A stretch of DNA of 53,116 bases, counting the filler, from Barthelona sp. PAP020 (Eukaryota), in NCBI GenBank assembly GCA_040182905.1. It is 2 parts of 2 records of this genome, joined end to end, with 100 filler letters (N's around TTAATTAATTAA, not from the genome) between each part and the next. Parts side by side here need not be neighbours in the genome. Positions count along the whole stretch, not along the records: positions 26,645 to 53,116 come from JARQWU010000138.1; 1 more part is not named here. One strand, given 5' to 3'. The notes under the pieces are model-generated. The model was not told the DNA's origin and searched no databases. It saw nothing but the letters and a program-made list of their open reading frames with translations. Position numbers and translations under genes: made by a program. Shown in pieces: positions 52,818-53,116 of the stretch (positions are counted from its first letter, which is position 1; the number at the start of each line of letters is the position of its first letter).

Positions 52818-53040
52818 ATTTTCGAAAACACCAAAATTCCAACAATTACAAAAATTCCAAAAATACAAAAAGTGATATTAGAGTAACAAGAGGAGATGGA
52901 GATTTTGTAAGTCAATAAATTTCCTTTGTTTATGAATAAACACTTTCATTTATGATATATATGCATAAAATAAATAAAAAAACAAACCCTAAGAATTCTA
53001 TTTACAAAAACTTTAACTTTTTCATTTATAATTTTTTTGT

Positions 53041-53115
53041 TTATAGACTTTGTTTCTGAGAGTTTGGGATTTTATTGGGGTGATCGAACTTGTCTTGAGC
53101 GTAATTGATGTCGAA
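53041..53115 (-). CDS. probable 3' end of a gene extending beyond the window (partial)
   Basis: FDINYAQDKFDHPNKIPNSQKQSL-TAA; GC-richer than the flanking UTR. Confidence 0.35.
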   Translation of the reverse strand, partial: FDINYAQDKFDHPNKIPNSQKQSL

Positions 53116-53116
53116 G

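Overview
Strongly AT-rich, gene-dense EUKARYOTIC nuclear DNA, not prokaryotic. It uses the standard code (TAA, TAG and TGA all terminate ORFs) and carries about 35 protein-coding genes, mostly single-exon, with intergenic gaps often under 150 bp. Three short spliceosomal introns (37, 39 and 45 nt; GTA...ACTAAY...TAG) can be reconstructed in the Ubc4, SPX and DNAI1 genes. Axonemal dynein IC1 and a SHIPPO-repeat protein indicate a flagellated cell; the intron style and several bacterial-like genes suggest an intron-poor, possibly anaerobic, metamonad-like protist (inference). An artificial 100-bp linker (44N-TTAATTAATTAA-44N, 26545-26644) joins two contigs. Housekeeping genes include TRAPPC2L, ABCF3/GCN20, an AZUL-HECT E3, Ubc4, Ies6, UVRAG, WDR6, DNAI1, BORCS6, a 2-Cys peroxiredoxin, CSA/ERCC8, TMEM62-like, STPG2-like and a CDK-like kinase. 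The most notable items are a coiled-coil protein with a catalytically dead C-terminal kinesin-like fold (Vik1/Cik1-like), a divergent SMC with a degenerate hinge, a membrane-anchored papain pseudo-protease, an FHA-GAF-adenylate cyclase with a large acidic insert, a fructosamine-kinase gene flanked by a 17-bp direct repeat, several bacterial-like genes and four hairpin-rich intervals without credible ORFs that may encode structured ncRNAs. All family calls come from motif recognition; no database searches were run.
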